A stretch of DNA of 32,000 nt from Pasteurella multocida. Its GTDB lineage: Bacteria; Pseudomonadota; Gammaproteobacteria; Enterobacterales; Pasteurellaceae. The DNA is taken from assembly GCF_900187275.1 (NCBI RefSeq), contig NZ_LT906458.1, forward strand, positions 2,130,001 through 2,162,000, written 5' to 3'. This document shows, in pieces, positions 1 to 11,280 of the stretch (its first letter is position 1; every line of letters begins with the position of its first letter). The position numbers and the translations under genes were made by a program. The notes below the pieces were generated by a model that was given only the letters and a program-made list of their open reading frames with translations, did not search any database and had not been told where the DNA came from.

Positions 1-87
1 TTGATTATTGAGTGGGAAGGCGTAGGTAAACCATTATTTATGACAGGTGATGCGACACACGTGTATGATGGAGTGATTCGGTTATAG
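1..87 (+). CDS. dapF: Diaminopimelate epimerase, C-terminal fragment (gene starts upstream of the window)
   Basis: Frame 1 reads LIIEWEGVGKPLFMTGDATHVYDGVIRL then TAG at 85-87, a DapF-like C-terminus. It is followed by yigA-xerC-yigB as in the E. coli dapF operon. It is absent from the ORF track because it has no start codon in the window. Confidence 0.8.
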   Translation: MIIEWEGVGKPLFMTGDATHVYDGVIRL

Positions 88-93
88 GTTGTT

Positions 94-549
94 GTGACTT
101 TTCTTTGTTTCGCCAAAGAAAAGTAACCAAAAGCCACCTACTTTCTTTTGCTTGTACAAAAGAAAGTAGGCAAAGAAAATACACCCCGACTAAGCAACTT
201 TTCCTCATTTCGTGCTTATTTTTTCACGAAAAGTTAGCAGACTACGCACTGCGTGCTTCGCTGGCGTAACTTTTCTAAAAATAAGTCCTCCATTCGGGTT
301 GCTTACACGGGGCGATGGTTTGAGCATTATTCTCGCTGTCATAGCAATGATTTTTGTTTAGTCATAGTGACTTTTTTCCGTGAATGTTGCCCGAAGGGAA
401 AAGAAAACTTTAGCCAAGTTACGCTAGCGAAGCACGCAGTGCGTAGTCTGCTAACTTGGCGTTAAAAAATTTTACTTTACCAGAGGAAAGCGCAACACTG
501 GCGGGTCGCTTTTCTTTTGGTTTTCTGTGGCGAAGCAAAGAAAAGTGAC
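94..549. repeat. Compound nested-dyad intergenic repeat element (MITE-like, non-coding)
   Basis: A 40-nt module at 94-133 (gtgacttttctttgtttcgccaaagaaaagtaaccaaaag) recurs inverted at 514-549, with 33 of 36 aligned positions identical plus a 4-nt indel. A diverged direct copy lies at about 367-408. Internal hairpins are at 97-124 (11 bp stem), 137-170 (13-14 bp stem) and 208-231, and a 42 bp inverted repeat spans 231-272 / 416-457. Confidence 0.75.
231..457. repeat. 42-bp near-perfect inverted repeat pair (231-272 and 416-457) around a 143-nt spacer
   Basis: aagttagcagactacgcactgcgtgcttcgctggcgtaactt versus its reverse complement at 416-457. The only non-Watson-Crick position is g263 against t425, which is a G-U pair if the + strand is transcribed. 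Confidence 0.85.
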
Positions 550-614
550 AGAGAAGAGTAGATCGCTCATCGGAGCGAAAGCACGATTAATTCCTAACGA
601 AAAAATAACATACT

Positions 615-1313
615 ATGCAAAAACAATCCCTCACCCCAACTGACATCATCGACTACCTGACACAACACAAGGATTTTTTCCTTCATCACCCAGAAATACT
701 GGATGAGCTTAATCTCCATCACACACAGAACAATACCCTGTCTTTAGTGGAAATGCAGCTTGACCGTCAGCGTCATCGTATTCAAGAGTTAGAAGCGGAG
801 CTGGAGAAATTCACGCAACTTGCTATTCAACATAGTGATATTTTTCTGGGGTTATTGCCGTTACAACAACAGCTTTCTCAAGCACATAATCTCACAGAAG
901 GGATTCAGAAACTTGATCAGTGGGTGAAAAAATTCGAATTGCAACAAGCCAAAATCCTCTTATTTACTGATGCGTGGCAGAAAGGTGAAAGTTTAACGGA
1001 TGAAGTGTGGCTTGATCGTAAAGCGTTTGAGATAGTACGCTTAGAGCGTTTTGGTTTACGCCGTTTTTATTTGGGGCAAATGACACATAAAGAAAAAACC
1101 ATGCTATTTTTACCGGAAGAATTTCCGATTGGTTCGGTCGCCTGTTGTTTGTTAGGTGGAAAAACCTCGCAAAAACCGACCGCACTTTTGTTATTTTCTG
1201 CCAGAGATGAGCGTCATTTTCATAATGGGCAAGATACTGAATTTTTGAAACATTTAGTGGATATTGTCACCTTACATTTGGGACGATGGGTGGACAGTTT
1301 TAAAAAAGCCTGA
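615..1313 (+). CDS. yigA: DUF484 family protein (YigA-like)
   Basis: 232 aa ORF. It sits between dapF and xerC as E. coli yigA does, with an N-terminal coiled-coil-like segment and a C-terminal GAF-like region typical of DUF484. Confidence 0.75.
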   Translation: MQKQSLTPTDIIDYLTQHKDFFLHHPEILDELNLHHTQNNTLSLVEMQLDRQRHRIQELEAELEKFTQLAIQHSDIFLGLLPLQQQLSQAHNLTEGIQKLDQWVKKFELQQAKILLFTDAWQKGESLTDEVWLDRKAFEIVRLERFGLRRFYLGQMTHKEKTMLFLPEEFPIGSVACCLLGGKTSQKPTALLLFSARDERHFHNGQDTEFLKHLVDIVTLHLGRWVDSFKKA

Positions 1314-1354
1314 GTTGGCTTGTGTTAAAAATAAGTGGGATAACGGGGAGTGGA

Positions 1355-2242
1355 ATGCAAGAACAGTTAGACAAATATTGGAATTATCTGCGCATTGAAA
1401 GACAAGTAAGCCCGCATACGTTGACGAATTACCAGCGTCAGCTTTATCGCATTGTGGACATTCTGGCGGAAAATGGGATCACAAGCTGGCAAGCCGTAAC
1501 CCCCAGTGTTGTACGTTTTATTTTGGCGCAAAGTAATAAAGATGGTTTAAAAGAACGCAGTTTAGCATTACGTTTGTCGGTATTACGCCGTTTTTTTACC
1601 TATTTAGTCCAACAACAAGATATTAACGTCAATCCCGCTACTGGCGTGTCTGCCCCAAAACAAAATCGACACTTACCGAAGAATATTGACGCTGAACAAG
1701 TACAGCAATTACTGAACAACGATAGCAAGGAACCAATTGATATTCGGGATCGAGCGATTTTAGAGTTGTTATACAGTTCCGGTCTACGTTTATCCGAATT
1801 ACAAAGTTTGAATTTAAACAGCATTAATACTCGAGTACGAGAAGTGCGGGTGATGGGTAAAGGTAATAAAGAACGTATTGTGCCTTTCGGGCGTTATGCC
1901 TCTCATGTAATTCAACAGTGGTTGAAAGTGCGTATCTTGTTTAACCCAAAAGATGAAGCGCTGTTTGTCAGCCAATTAGGCAATCGCCTTACTCACAGAG
2001 CTATTCAACAACGGCTCGAAGTTTGGGGAATTAAACAAGGACTAAGCAGTCATTTAAATCCACATAAACTGCGTCATTCCTTTGCCACACATATGCTCGA
2101 GGCGAGCTCTGATTTACGCGCGGTACAAGAATTATTAGGTCACAGTAATTTATCCACTACTCAAATTTATACCCATTTAAATTTTCAACATCTTGCGGAG
2201 GTGTATGATTCAGCACATCCGCGTGCGAAACGCAAAAAATAG
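1355..2242 (+). CDS. xerC: Tyrosine recombinase XerC
   Basis: Carries the [12 protein letters not shown]...GHxxxxTTQIYTH tyrosine-recombinase catalytic motifs. I moved the start to ATG 1355 (MQEQLDKYW), which is preceded by GGGGAG; the track start at 1322 is a GTG. Confidence 0.93.
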   Translation: MQEQLDKYWNYLRIERQVSPHTLTNYQRQLYRIVDILAENGITSWQAVTPSVVRFILAQSNKDGLKERSLALRLSVLRRFFTYLVQQQDINVNPATGVSAPKQNRHLPKNIDAEQVQQLLNNDSKEPIDIRDRAILELLYSSGLRLSELQSLNLNSINTRVREVRVMGKGNKERIVPFGRYASHVIQQWLKVRILFNPKDEALFVSQLGNRLTHRAIQQRLEVWGIKQGLSSHLNPHKLRHSFATHMLEASSDLRAVQELLGHSNLSTTQIYTHLNFQHLAEVYDSAHPRAKRKK

Positions 2243-2251
2243 GAAAATTGT

Positions 2252-2962
2252 ATGAAATTCTACCGCACTTTACGTCCTTTTAAGTTAATCAGCTTTGATT
2301 TGGATGATACGCTGTATGATAACAGTGACGTGATTCGCCTCGCGGAAGAAAATTTTATTGAAAAAGTTAAACTTGAAAGTCAACTGGATATCTCACCGGA
2401 AGAATGGCGAGCGTGGAAGCAACGTATCGAACAGCAGCATCCTATGTTGTGTGAAGATGTGGTTGCTTGGCGTATTGAAACCTTGCACCAACTCTTAGCA
2501 AATTACCAGAAAAGTGCGGCAGAGATTGAGCGAGTTTGTCAACACGCTATGGCGTTATTTGTGGAATGGCGTCATAAAATTGATGTGCCGGCGCAAAGCC
2601 AACACGTGTTGAATTTACTAAAACAAAAATATCCACTGGTGGCAATTACTAACGGTAATGTCGAGCCACAACGTATTGGTTTATCGCAATTTGATCTCGT
2701 ACTACGGGGCGGTGAACAGGGCAGAGCGAAACCCCATCAAGATTTATTCCATCAAACCGCACAACACTTTGCTGTTCAGCCGCACGAGATTTTACATGTC
2801 GGTGATAATTTAATGACAGACGTACAAGGCGCGATTCAGGCTGATTGTCAGGCGGTTTGGATTAATCTTTCAGGCAAAGTGCTACGGGATTTCCCAGAAG
2901 CAAGATTAATGCCAACCTTAGAAATTACCGAGTTGAAACAGTTGTTAATGTTGATGGCGTAA
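2252..2962 (+). CDS. yigB: HAD-superfamily phosphatase YigB-like (5-amino-6-(5-phospho-D-ribitylamino)uracil / FMN phosphatase family)
   Basis: FDLDDTLYDN HAD motif I, VAITNG, and HVGDxLxTDVxGA motifs. It appears collinear with my recollection of E. coli YigB and occupies the position after xerC. Confidence 0.85.
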   Translation: MKFYRTLRPFKLISFDLDDTLYDNSDVIRLAEENFIEKVKLESQLDISPEEWRAWKQRIEQQHPMLCEDVVAWRIETLHQLLANYQKSAAEIERVCQHAMALFVEWRHKIDVPAQSQHVLNLLKQKYPLVAITNGNVEPQRIGLSQFDLVLRGGEQGRAKPHQDLFHQTAQHFAVQPHEILHVGDNLMTDVQGAIQADCQAVWINLSGKVLRDFPEARLMPTLEITELKQLLMLMA

Positions 2963-2984
2963 ACATCGTAGTGAGGGAGGAAAT

Positions 2985-3407
2985 ATGCAACAACAACGAG
3001 AAGCCACGATAGCCTTATGGTTTGAGATGTGGCTGCAACAACAAGATTTAGGTATTGATCGGATCTTTACGGAAAATGTGATTTATATTGAAAGCTGGGG
3101 ACCGAAATATACTGATCGCGCAACGCTCAAGCATTGGTTTAGCGAGTGGAACCAGCGTGGTAAAGTACAGGTTTGGGCAATCAAGCAGTATTTTCATAAA
3201 GGCAATCAAACGATTGTAGAGTGGACCTTCCATGATCAAATGCAAGATGGCAGGAAAGAGGCATTTGATGGTATGTCGCTAATTAAATGGTCTGGGCACA
3301 ATCAAATTTGCTATTTACAAGAATTTGGTTGTCATCGTGAACATTATAATCCTTATGAACAGGGCGACATTCCCCAATTTCGAGAAGACAAAAAGCACTG
3401 GTTTTAA
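2985..3407 (+). CDS. Small cytoplasmic protein, probably NTF2-like/SnoaL-like fold; function unknown
   Basis: 140 aa ORF with a strong SD (GAGGGAGG) 22 nt after the yigB stop. It is W/F-rich with a size and pattern typical of NTF2-like proteins. The family call is from memory of such sequences, not from a search. Confidence 0.5.
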   Translation: MQQQREATIALWFEMWLQQQDLGIDRIFTENVIYIESWGPKYTDRATLKHWFSEWNQRGKVQVWAIKQYFHKGNQTIVEWTFHDQMQDGRKEAFDGMSLIKWSGHNQICYLQEFGCHREHYNPYEQGDIPQFREDKKHWF

Positions 3408-3428
3408 CGATTAAGTAGAAATGCTTCT

Positions 3429-4334
3429 CTAAGACGAGCACGATTTTCGGTTACAAAGTAATAGCCCAGCAATGATTAAACCCGCACTGATCATGTGGTA
3501 GAACGCAAGAGTTTCATTTAACACTAATACCCCTAATAACGCTGCGAATAACGGTGTGGCATTTGTAAAGGCAGCGCCTTTATCCGCACCCACTAGCGAA
3601 ATCCCATAGTTCCAAAAGCCATAAGATAGGATCGATGGACCGATGATTAAATAAGTAATAATGCTATATTGTGTTGGTGTTAACGTAGAGAAAAATGCAG
3701 GTGGCAATTGTTGATATTGCCAAATGAAGAGCGGGGTAAAAAGTAACATTGCCATACAAACTAACGTAGTTAACAGCACCGTATTGGGTAAGTGTGCTGG
3801 TTTAAGACGAATCAGACAACAATAAATAGACCAACTCAGTGCAGAGCCGAGTGCCCATAAATCCCCTTGATTCACTTCTAATTGAGTTAGACGTTGTATA
3901 TCGCCTTGGCTAAGTAGCCAAAGAACTCCAACAAAACTAAACAATGCACCAGTCAATCCCGTAAAATCAATAGGATCACCAAAGACAAGGCGGTTGAGAA
4001 ATAAGACAAAAATAGGGACTACCGCGAGGTAAATACTGGCATTGAGCGACGTTGTGGTTTGTAAACCCTGATATAAAAATACTGGGAAAATCACAATACC
4101 CAGCAGAGAAAGTGCGATCAAAATTCGCCAATGTTGACGGATCACGGGCGTAAATTGGCAGCTACGTTTACTAAATAATAGCAATAAGATTAAGGCAGCC
4201 GGAAACCAACGAGCATAATTTAACACAATGGGTGGAATGTCCGTGCTGAGTATTTTGCCAAATAGGTAGTTACTGCCCCAAAAGAGGGTGGCTAACAGTA
4301 AGCAAAAATAGCCATAACCTTGTTTGTTCGTCAT
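3429..4334 (-). CDS. DMT-superfamily (EamA-like) 10-TM transporter
   Basis: 301 aa of almost entirely hydrophobic helices in two EamA-like halves. Its ATG overlaps the folB stop (ATGA at 4331-4334). Confidence 0.8.
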   Translation of the reverse strand: MTNKQGYGYFCLLLATLFWGSNYLFGKILSTDIPPIVLNYARWFPAALILLLLFSKRSCQFTPVIRQHWRILIALSLLGIVIFPVFLYQGLQTTTSLNASIYLAVVPIFVLFLNRLVFGDPIDFTGLTGALFSFVGVLWLLSQGDIQRLTQLEVNQGDLWALGSALSWSIYCCLIRLKPAHLPNTVLLTTLVCMAMLLFTPLFIWQYQQLPPAFFSTLTPTQYSIITYLIIGPSILSYGFWNYGISLVGADKGAAFTNATPLFAALLGVLVLNETLAFYHMISAGLIIAGLLLCNRKSCSS

Positions 4335-4687
4335 CGTATTCCGCGCTCAATAATGATGCCGACATTACGTGCTTGTGCCACGGCTTTCGGTTTACTCAAT
4401 TTTAAACGTAACCAGCGGATGCCAAAGCGTTGTTGTAATTGCTCCGCCATTTCATATGCCACGCGTTCAATCAATAAGAAGGGTTTTGATTGCACATAAT
4501 CAAGAATAAACGCACTCACTTCAGCATAATTTAAACAATATTGCACATCGTCAGTTTCTGCCGCTTGACGGCAATCCCATGCCATTTCCAGATCAAACAC
4601 TAATTTTTGTTTAATTTGCTGTTCCCAGTCATATACCCCAATTTGAGCGAAAACGGTCAGTTCCTCAATGAAAATGTGATCAATCAT
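4331..4687 (-). CDS. folB: Dihydroneopterin aldolase
   Basis: 118 aa starting MIDHIFIEELTVFAQIGVYDWEQ..., with the FolB signature (GVxxxE, LNYA). It is divergent from plsY, as in E. coli (folB/ygiH). Confidence 0.85.
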   Translation of the reverse strand: MIDHIFIEELTVFAQIGVYDWEQQIKQKLVFDLEMAWDCRQAAETDDVQYCLNYAEVSAFILDYVQSKPFLLIERVAYEMAEQLQQRFGIRWLRLKLSKPKAVAQARNVGIIIERGIR

Positions 4688-4792
4688 TCATTTATTCCTT
4701 CCAATATGAAATTTCATTAGGCTTATGCTATCAACTTTATGTACAATAGACGAATAAAATTTTTCCATGCCGACCACTCTAAAGGACAAAAA

Positions 4793-5398
4793 ATGAGCCT
4801 ATTTGCGATTTTCTATCTGTTCCTGGCGTATTTATTAGGATCTGTTTCTAGTGCAATTTTATTGTGTCGTTTAGCGGGGTTGCCTGATCCAAGAGAAAGT
4901 GGTTCTCATAATCCCGGTGCAACCAATGTCTTGCGTATTGGTGGGCGTTGGGTGGCATTGAGTGTACTCCTGTTTGATATGCTCAAAGGTATGTTACCTG
5001 TTTGGTTAGGCTATTATCTTGGTTTGACTCATTTTGAATTAGGGATGGTGGCATTAGGTGCTTGTTTAGGGCACATTTTCCCAATCTTCTTTAAATTTAA
5101 AGGCGGAAAAGGGGTGGCAACGGCATTTGGTGCTATTGCGCCGATCTCATGGGGTGTCGCTGGCAGTATGCTGGGCACTTGGTTATTGATTTTCTTCGTG
5201 AGTGGTTATTCTTCGCTCAGTGCAGTGATGACCGCGCTTCTGGTACCTTTCTATGTGTGGTGGTTTAAGCCCGAGTTTACTTTCCCTGTCGCTTTAGTGT
5301 GTTGCTTGTTGATTTATCGCCATCATGACAATATTCAGCGTTTGTGGCGTGGGCAAGAAGACAAAGTGTGGAATAAACTGAAAAACAAAAAAGATTAA
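4793..5398 (+). CDS. plsY: Glycerol-3-phosphate acyltransferase PlsY
   Basis: Contains [13 protein letters not shown] and GGKGVAT motifs. I moved the start to ATG 4793 (MSLFAIF), preceded by AAAGGA; the upstream extension in the track is unlikely. Confidence 0.9.
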   Translation: MSLFAIFYLFLAYLLGSVSSAILLCRLAGLPDPRESGSHNPGATNVLRIGGRWVALSVLLFDMLKGMLPVWLGYYLGLTHFELGMVALGACLGHIFPIFFKFKGGKGVATAFGAIAPISWGVAGSMLGTWLLIFFVSGYSSLSAVMTALLVPFYVWWFKPEFTFPVALVCCLLIYRHHDNIQRLWRGQEDKVWNKLKNKKD

Positions 5399-5412
5399 GT
5401 TAGCTAAGTAAC

Positions 5413-5438
5413 AAAAAAGGACCAGACGGTCCTTTTTT
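5413..5438. terminator. Bidirectional rho-independent terminator between convergent plsY and zipA
   Basis: aaaaaaggacc-agac-ggtcctttttt: a GC-containing stem flanked by an A6 run and a T6 run. Confidence 0.7.
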
Positions 5439-5453
5439 ATTGCGCGTTTTAGG

Positions 5454-6425
5454 TTATCTGACTTTATCAAGATAGGCTTTTTCCGCTTGGTCATCAAAAA
5501 TGGCTTGTTGATCAGTTAAGACAAAGCCGCCAAGATCTTCCGCAATACTTTTCGCTGCACGGATCATCATGCGTAAATTCATCAGATCATTGCCTTCTGA
5601 TGGCAACTGCATAAAGAGGGCGATCCCAACGGTACTAAAGTCATGCATATTGTAATCAAATGTCCCAGGTTGTTCGATGTTGGCAACACTAAATAAGACT
5701 GGGCTGTTGACACTTAAATCAGAATGGCGGTGATAAATATTATGTTCACCAAATAAGAAACCTAATTCATCTAAAATTTTAGCCAGTCTTGCGCCTTGGA
5801 ATTGATAATTTTCAGGTGCAACGACGTACATCATAATAAAAGTGGCATCCGTGTCTTGGCTTACATTTTCGCTTGCTTGTTGCTGAGCTTGACTTTCCAT
5901 TAAGGCTTGTTCTTCCTGTAATGCAGCTAATGTCACGGAAGGTGATTGTTGTGCGAGATCAGCCAATTGTTGGCGTAATTGTTCGGAGTGAGTATCGATC
6001 CCTTCTTCTTGATTTGCATAATTCTCAACCTCTGCAATGGTGGTTAACGCGGGAGAGGTTGGTGGGGTATCGGGTTCAATTTTAGCTTGATAAGGTTGCT
6101 CTTCTTTAGGCAAAGTAATTTTGATATTTTCAATCGCTTGTTCAACGGCTTGTTGTTCATGGGCGAATTGTTTTTCTGCTTCAAAAGCAAAGGTACGTTG
6201 TGCCGGAGAAACCTCGGCGGTAGGTGTACTGGTGTTCGCATCCTTTTTTTCTTCTGATGCTGATTGGATATGCGCCGGAGGTTCTCTTAGACGAGAATCT
6301 CGCGTAAAGGTATTCGCACTTTTAAAGTATTGTGACTTTTCGCGGCGATTGGCCCATAAGCCATGAACCACCAAAATAATTAATGCGATAATGCCTAAAA
6401 TAATTAAAATTGTATTCAAATCCAT
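5454..6425 (-). CDS. zipA: Cell division protein ZipA
   Basis: Has an N-terminal TM (MDLNTILIILGIIALIILVV), a charged/PQ-rich linker and a conserved C-terminal FtsZ-binding domain. I moved the start to ATG 6425, preceded by GAGGAA. Confidence 0.85.
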   Translation of the reverse strand: MDLNTILIILGIIALIILVVHGLWANRREKSQYFKSANTFTRDSRLREPPAHIQSASEEKKDANTSTPTAEVSPAQRTFAFEAEKQFAHEQQAVEQAIENIKITLPKEEQPYQAKIEPDTPPTSPALTTIAEVENYANQEEGIDTHSEQLRQQLADLAQQSPSVTLAALQEEQALMESQAQQQASENVSQDTDATFIMMYVVAPENYQFQGARLAKILDELGFLFGEHNIYHRHSDLSVNSPVLFSVANIEQPGTFDYNMHDFSTVGIALFMQLPSEGNDLMNLRMMIRAAKSIAEDLGGFVLTDQQAIFDDQAEKAYLDKVR

Positions 6426-6596
6426 TATCCATTCCTCATCATTATTAAAAGGATAAAACTCGCATAAGCTTATCATATTTTCTAGGGCTTGTTGATCATT
6501 TGTTATGACAATCCAAGGATGAAAAAAACAGCAAAAAATTGCTTTTTGAGTGCTCGCTTTGTATGCTAGCGCTTTGTTAATTTATCGGGAGAACTT

Positions 6597-7400
6597 ATGT
6601 TATCGCATGCTGAACTGAAGCAAGGCTTTCATTATTTTATGATGGGGTGGCATTTAATTACTCAGAAAGGGCTACGCCGTTTTGTGATTATGCCAATCCT
6701 ACTAAACATCGTGTTACTAAGCGGATTATTTTGGCTTTTTATTACACAAATTGAAAAAATGATTGGAATGCTCATGCTCTCGATTCCAGATTGGTTAAGT
6801 TGGTTGAGTAGCATTTTGCTGATATTTGCTATTTTGATGATTTTAGTCCTGTTTTATTTTGTCTTCACGACCTTGTCAGGCTTTATTGCTGCACCTTTTA
6901 ATGGTTTGTTAGCGGAGAAAGTCGAAAAAATGCTGACAGGTGAAAATCTGGTGGAGGGCAGTGTATGGGATTTTATGAAAGATATTCCACGGATGCTTGG
7001 GCAAGAATGGCAAAAGTTAGTGTATAGTTTACCAAAACTGATTATTTTATTTTTATTAGGTTTTGTGCCGGTTTTAGGGCAAAGCGTTATTCCGATTATT
7101 GTGACATTATTTACGGCATGGATGATGGCAATTCAATATTGTGATTATCCTTTTGATAACCATAAAGTGCCTTTTTTTGTGATGAAAGCAGAATTAGCAG
7201 AAAAGAGAGCACTTAGCTTAAGTTTCGGTGGTTTGGTAATGCTGTGTACTTTTATTCCTTTAGTGAATTTGGTGGTGATTCCTGTTGCTGTTTGTGGTGC
7301 GACGGCGATGTGGGTGACACATTTTCGCGAGCATTTAGCCATGAAACCGGTTAATCAGGAAGGCGTAAGTCGAGCGAGTACAGTCAGCATTGTAAAATAG
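6597..7400 (+). CDS. cysZ: Sulfate transporter CysZ
   Basis: Appears collinear with my recollection of E. coli CysZ ([38 protein letters not shown]). Confidence 0.9.
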   Translation: MLSHAELKQGFHYFMMGWHLITQKGLRRFVIMPILLNIVLLSGLFWLFITQIEKMIGMLMLSIPDWLSWLSSILLIFAILMILVLFYFVFTTLSGFIAAPFNGLLAEKVEKMLTGENLVEGSVWDFMKDIPRMLGQEWQKLVYSLPKLIILFLLGFVPVLGQSVIPIIVTLFTAWMMAIQYCDYPFDNHKVPFFVMKAELAEKRALSLSFGGLVMLCTFIPLVNLVVIPVAVCGATAMWVTHFREHLAMKPVNQEGVSRASTVSIVK

Positions 7401-7509
7401 TATTTTGTTATAAAATATAGCAAATGGCTATTTTTGTGGGGATTGGAATTATGGTAGAACTAAGCTATGGCTTAATTACTCAATGGATTGAACACAGAAG
7501 GAATACAAG

Positions 7510-8457
7510 ATGACCATTTACTCAGATAATTCTTATTCAATTGGTAATACACCACTTGTGCGCTTGAAACACTTTGGTCAAGGCAATATTGTGGTCAAAG
7601 TGGAAGGGCGTAATCCCAGTTTTAGTGTGAAGTGCCGTATTGGGGCGAATATGGTATGGCAAGCAGAAAAAGACGGCATTTTGACGAAAGAAAAAGAAAT
7701 TGTCGATGCTACCAGTGGGAATACTGGGATCGCCTTAGCCTATGTGGCAGCTGCACGCGGTTATAAAATCACTTTAACGATGCCAGAAACCATGAGTGCA
7801 GAACGTAAACGTTTATTACGTGGATTGGGCGTCAATTTAGTTTTAACGGAAGGTGCATTGGGCATGAAAGGGGCAATTGCCAAAGCAGAAGAAATTGTCG
7901 CGTCTGATCCACAACGCTATGTGATGTTAAAGCAGTTTGAAAATCCGGCTAATCCAGCCATTCACCAACAAACAACTGGACCGGAAATTTGGCGTGATAC
8001 GGATGGTCAAATTGATGTGCTGGTTGCCGGTGTTGGCACCGGCGGGACGATTACAGGGATTAGCCGTTATATTAAACAAGATAAAGGTAAAGCGATTCTC
8101 TCTGTGGCAGTTGAACCTGCGGAATCACCGGTGATTAGTCAAACTTTAGCCGGTGAAGAGATCAAGCCTGCCCCACATAAAATTCAAGGCATTGGCGCGG
8201 GCTTTATCCCTAAAAATTTAGACCTTGCATTAGTGGATCGTGTTGAAACCGTGAGTAGTGAGGAAGCCATGCAAACTGCACGTCGATTAATGGCAGAAGA
8301 AGGCATTTTAGGGGGGATTTCATCAGGAGCGGCGGTGGCTGCCGCAGATCGTTTGGCAAAATTACCTGAATTTGCCGAGAAATTAATCGTAGTTATTTTA
8401 CCGTCTGCGTCAGAACGCTATTTAAGTACGGCATTATTTGAAGGCATTGAGGCTTAA
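7510..8457 (+). CDS. cysK: Cysteine synthase A (O-acetylserine sulfhydrylase)
   Basis: Contains the [14 protein letters not shown]-lysine motif, SGNTGIALA and [10 protein letters not shown]. Confidence 0.93.
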   Translation: MTIYSDNSYSIGNTPLVRLKHFGQGNIVVKVEGRNPSFSVKCRIGANMVWQAEKDGILTKEKEIVDATSGNTGIALAYVAAARGYKITLTMPETMSAERKRLLRGLGVNLVLTEGALGMKGAIAKAEEIVASDPQRYVMLKQFENPANPAIHQQTTGPEIWRDTDGQIDVLVAGVGTGGTITGISRYIKQDKGKAILSVAVEPAESPVISQTLAGEEIKPAPHKIQGIGAGFIPKNLDLALVDRVETVSSEEAMQTARRLMAEEGILGGISSGAAVAAADRLAKLPEFAEKLIVVILPSASERYLSTALFEGIEA

Positions 8458-8478
8458 TTCCTTCCCTTTATTACAAGC

Positions 8479-8517
8479 AAAGTGCGGTCAAAACGTATGA
8501 AATTTTGACCGCACTTT
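8479..8517. terminator. Inverted pair of uptake signal sequences forming a terminator hairpin (cysK / hemB convergent ends)
   Basis: aaagtgcggtcaaaa-(9 nt)-ttttgaccgcacttt followed by ttta. USS cores are at 8480-8488 (+) and 8508-8516 (-). Confidence 0.8.
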
Positions 8518-8532
8518 TTATTGCAAGAGACA

Positions 8533-10366
<1,834 letters not shown>

Positions 10367-10367
<1 letters not shown>

Positions 10368-10942
10368 TAGGCTTTCTTATCTTGTATTTCTTCTGTTTGA
10401 GGTTTTACTTTTGAGGCAAATACCGGCTCATCATCGTCATCGGGATAATATTGCTGGATATAAGCCATTTCATCGTTTTCTTCGGCAAGTTCTGCTTGTT
10501 CTGCAGGAGACAGGACATCATCGGTTGTTGCCTCCGTCACTTGTTCAGACGGGGTGAGTTGCTCCGTCAGTGTTTGTGATGTGCTCTCTGTTGCATTTTT
10601 TATCTCTTTGATCTGTTCTTCCAGTGTTGTATTGGTCGCTGCGGCTTTTTGTTCTAGCGCGGTACGCATTTTTTCAGCCGAGGCTTTCAATTCTTCAACC
10701 GTTTTACTGAGTTCAGGCGAGAGTTGTTGGAAATTGAGTTCTTCTGCTTTTTTTATGCTTTCTTGCAGCTCTTGTAATTTCAGTTCTTGTTTTAGTTCAT
10801 TTTGCACATTGGAGGCTAAACCACGAATTGTTGCAACCCAGCCCATGACGGTGCGAATTGCCACAGGCAAACGTTTCGGTCCGAGCACAAGCAGACCGAT
10901 GACTAAAATAAGAAATAACTCAGAAAACCCAATATCAAACAT
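10367..10942 (-). CDS. tatB: Twin-arginine translocase subunit TatB
   Basis: Begins [26 protein letters not shown] and has a long acidic/amphipathic tail. TAATG overlaps occur on both sides. Confidence 0.87.
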
Positions 10943-11172
10943 TATGCTTGTTCTTTGTCTTTTGCTTTTTCAGTTTTTGCTGTAGTTTCGCTGTCATCGT
11001 TTAATGACTTGAATTCGGCATCTTTTTCTTTGTTATCATCTGCCATGGCTTTTTTGAAACCTTTTACGGATTCGCCCAAGTCAGACCCTAATGTTCTCAA
11101 TTTTTTTGTACCAAATAATAAAACAACGATTGCTACAATAATAAGTAGTTGCGTAATACTAATGCCACCCAT
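10942..11172 (-). CDS. tatA: Twin-arginine translocase subunit TatA
   Basis: 76 aa beginning [33 protein letters not shown]. Confidence 0.88.
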   Translation of the reverse strand: MGGISITQLLIIVAIVVLLFGTKKLRTLGSDLGESVKGFKKAMADDNKEKDAEFKSLNDDSETTAKTEKAKDKEQA

Positions 11173-11213
11173 ATTTTATCCTTCTTTAGTATGTTGAAAA
11201 ATGAATGTTGGTG

Positions 11214-11242
11214 AATATAGCTTTTTTACTGCGTTTGAACAA
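11214..11242 (-). promoter_or_regulatory. Candidate sigma70 promoter for tatABC (TTGTTC-17-TATATT)
   Basis: Minus-strand hexamers at 11242-11237 and 11219-11214 with a 17-nt spacer, about 40 nt upstream of the tatA ATG. This is pattern match only. Confidence 0.3.
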
Positions 11243-11280
11243 TAGCCAATTCACATTATTTTCTCTTCTTTTGCGTTTGA

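Noticed and set aside
253-465. 70-aa ORF (GTG start) in the dapF-yigA spacer
   Set aside because: It begins inside the left arm and ends just past the right arm of the 42-bp inverted repeat, so both ends are translated repeat arm. It has no SD and a non-ATG start, and its Cys/Arg/Phe-rich composition does not look protein-like. I treat it as non-coding repeat DNA.
1355-2242. Tyrosine recombinase as a marker of an integrated mobile element
   Set aside because: It is the housekeeping XerC in its conserved dapF-yigA-xerC-yigB context. No att-like repeats, phage genes or IS genes are nearby.
10554-10985. 143-aa Ser/Cys-rich ORF antisense to tatB/tatA
   Set aside because: It is the mirror image of the Glu/Lys/Gln-rich TatB tail, is low-complexity and has no SD. 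The sense-strand genes are unambiguous.
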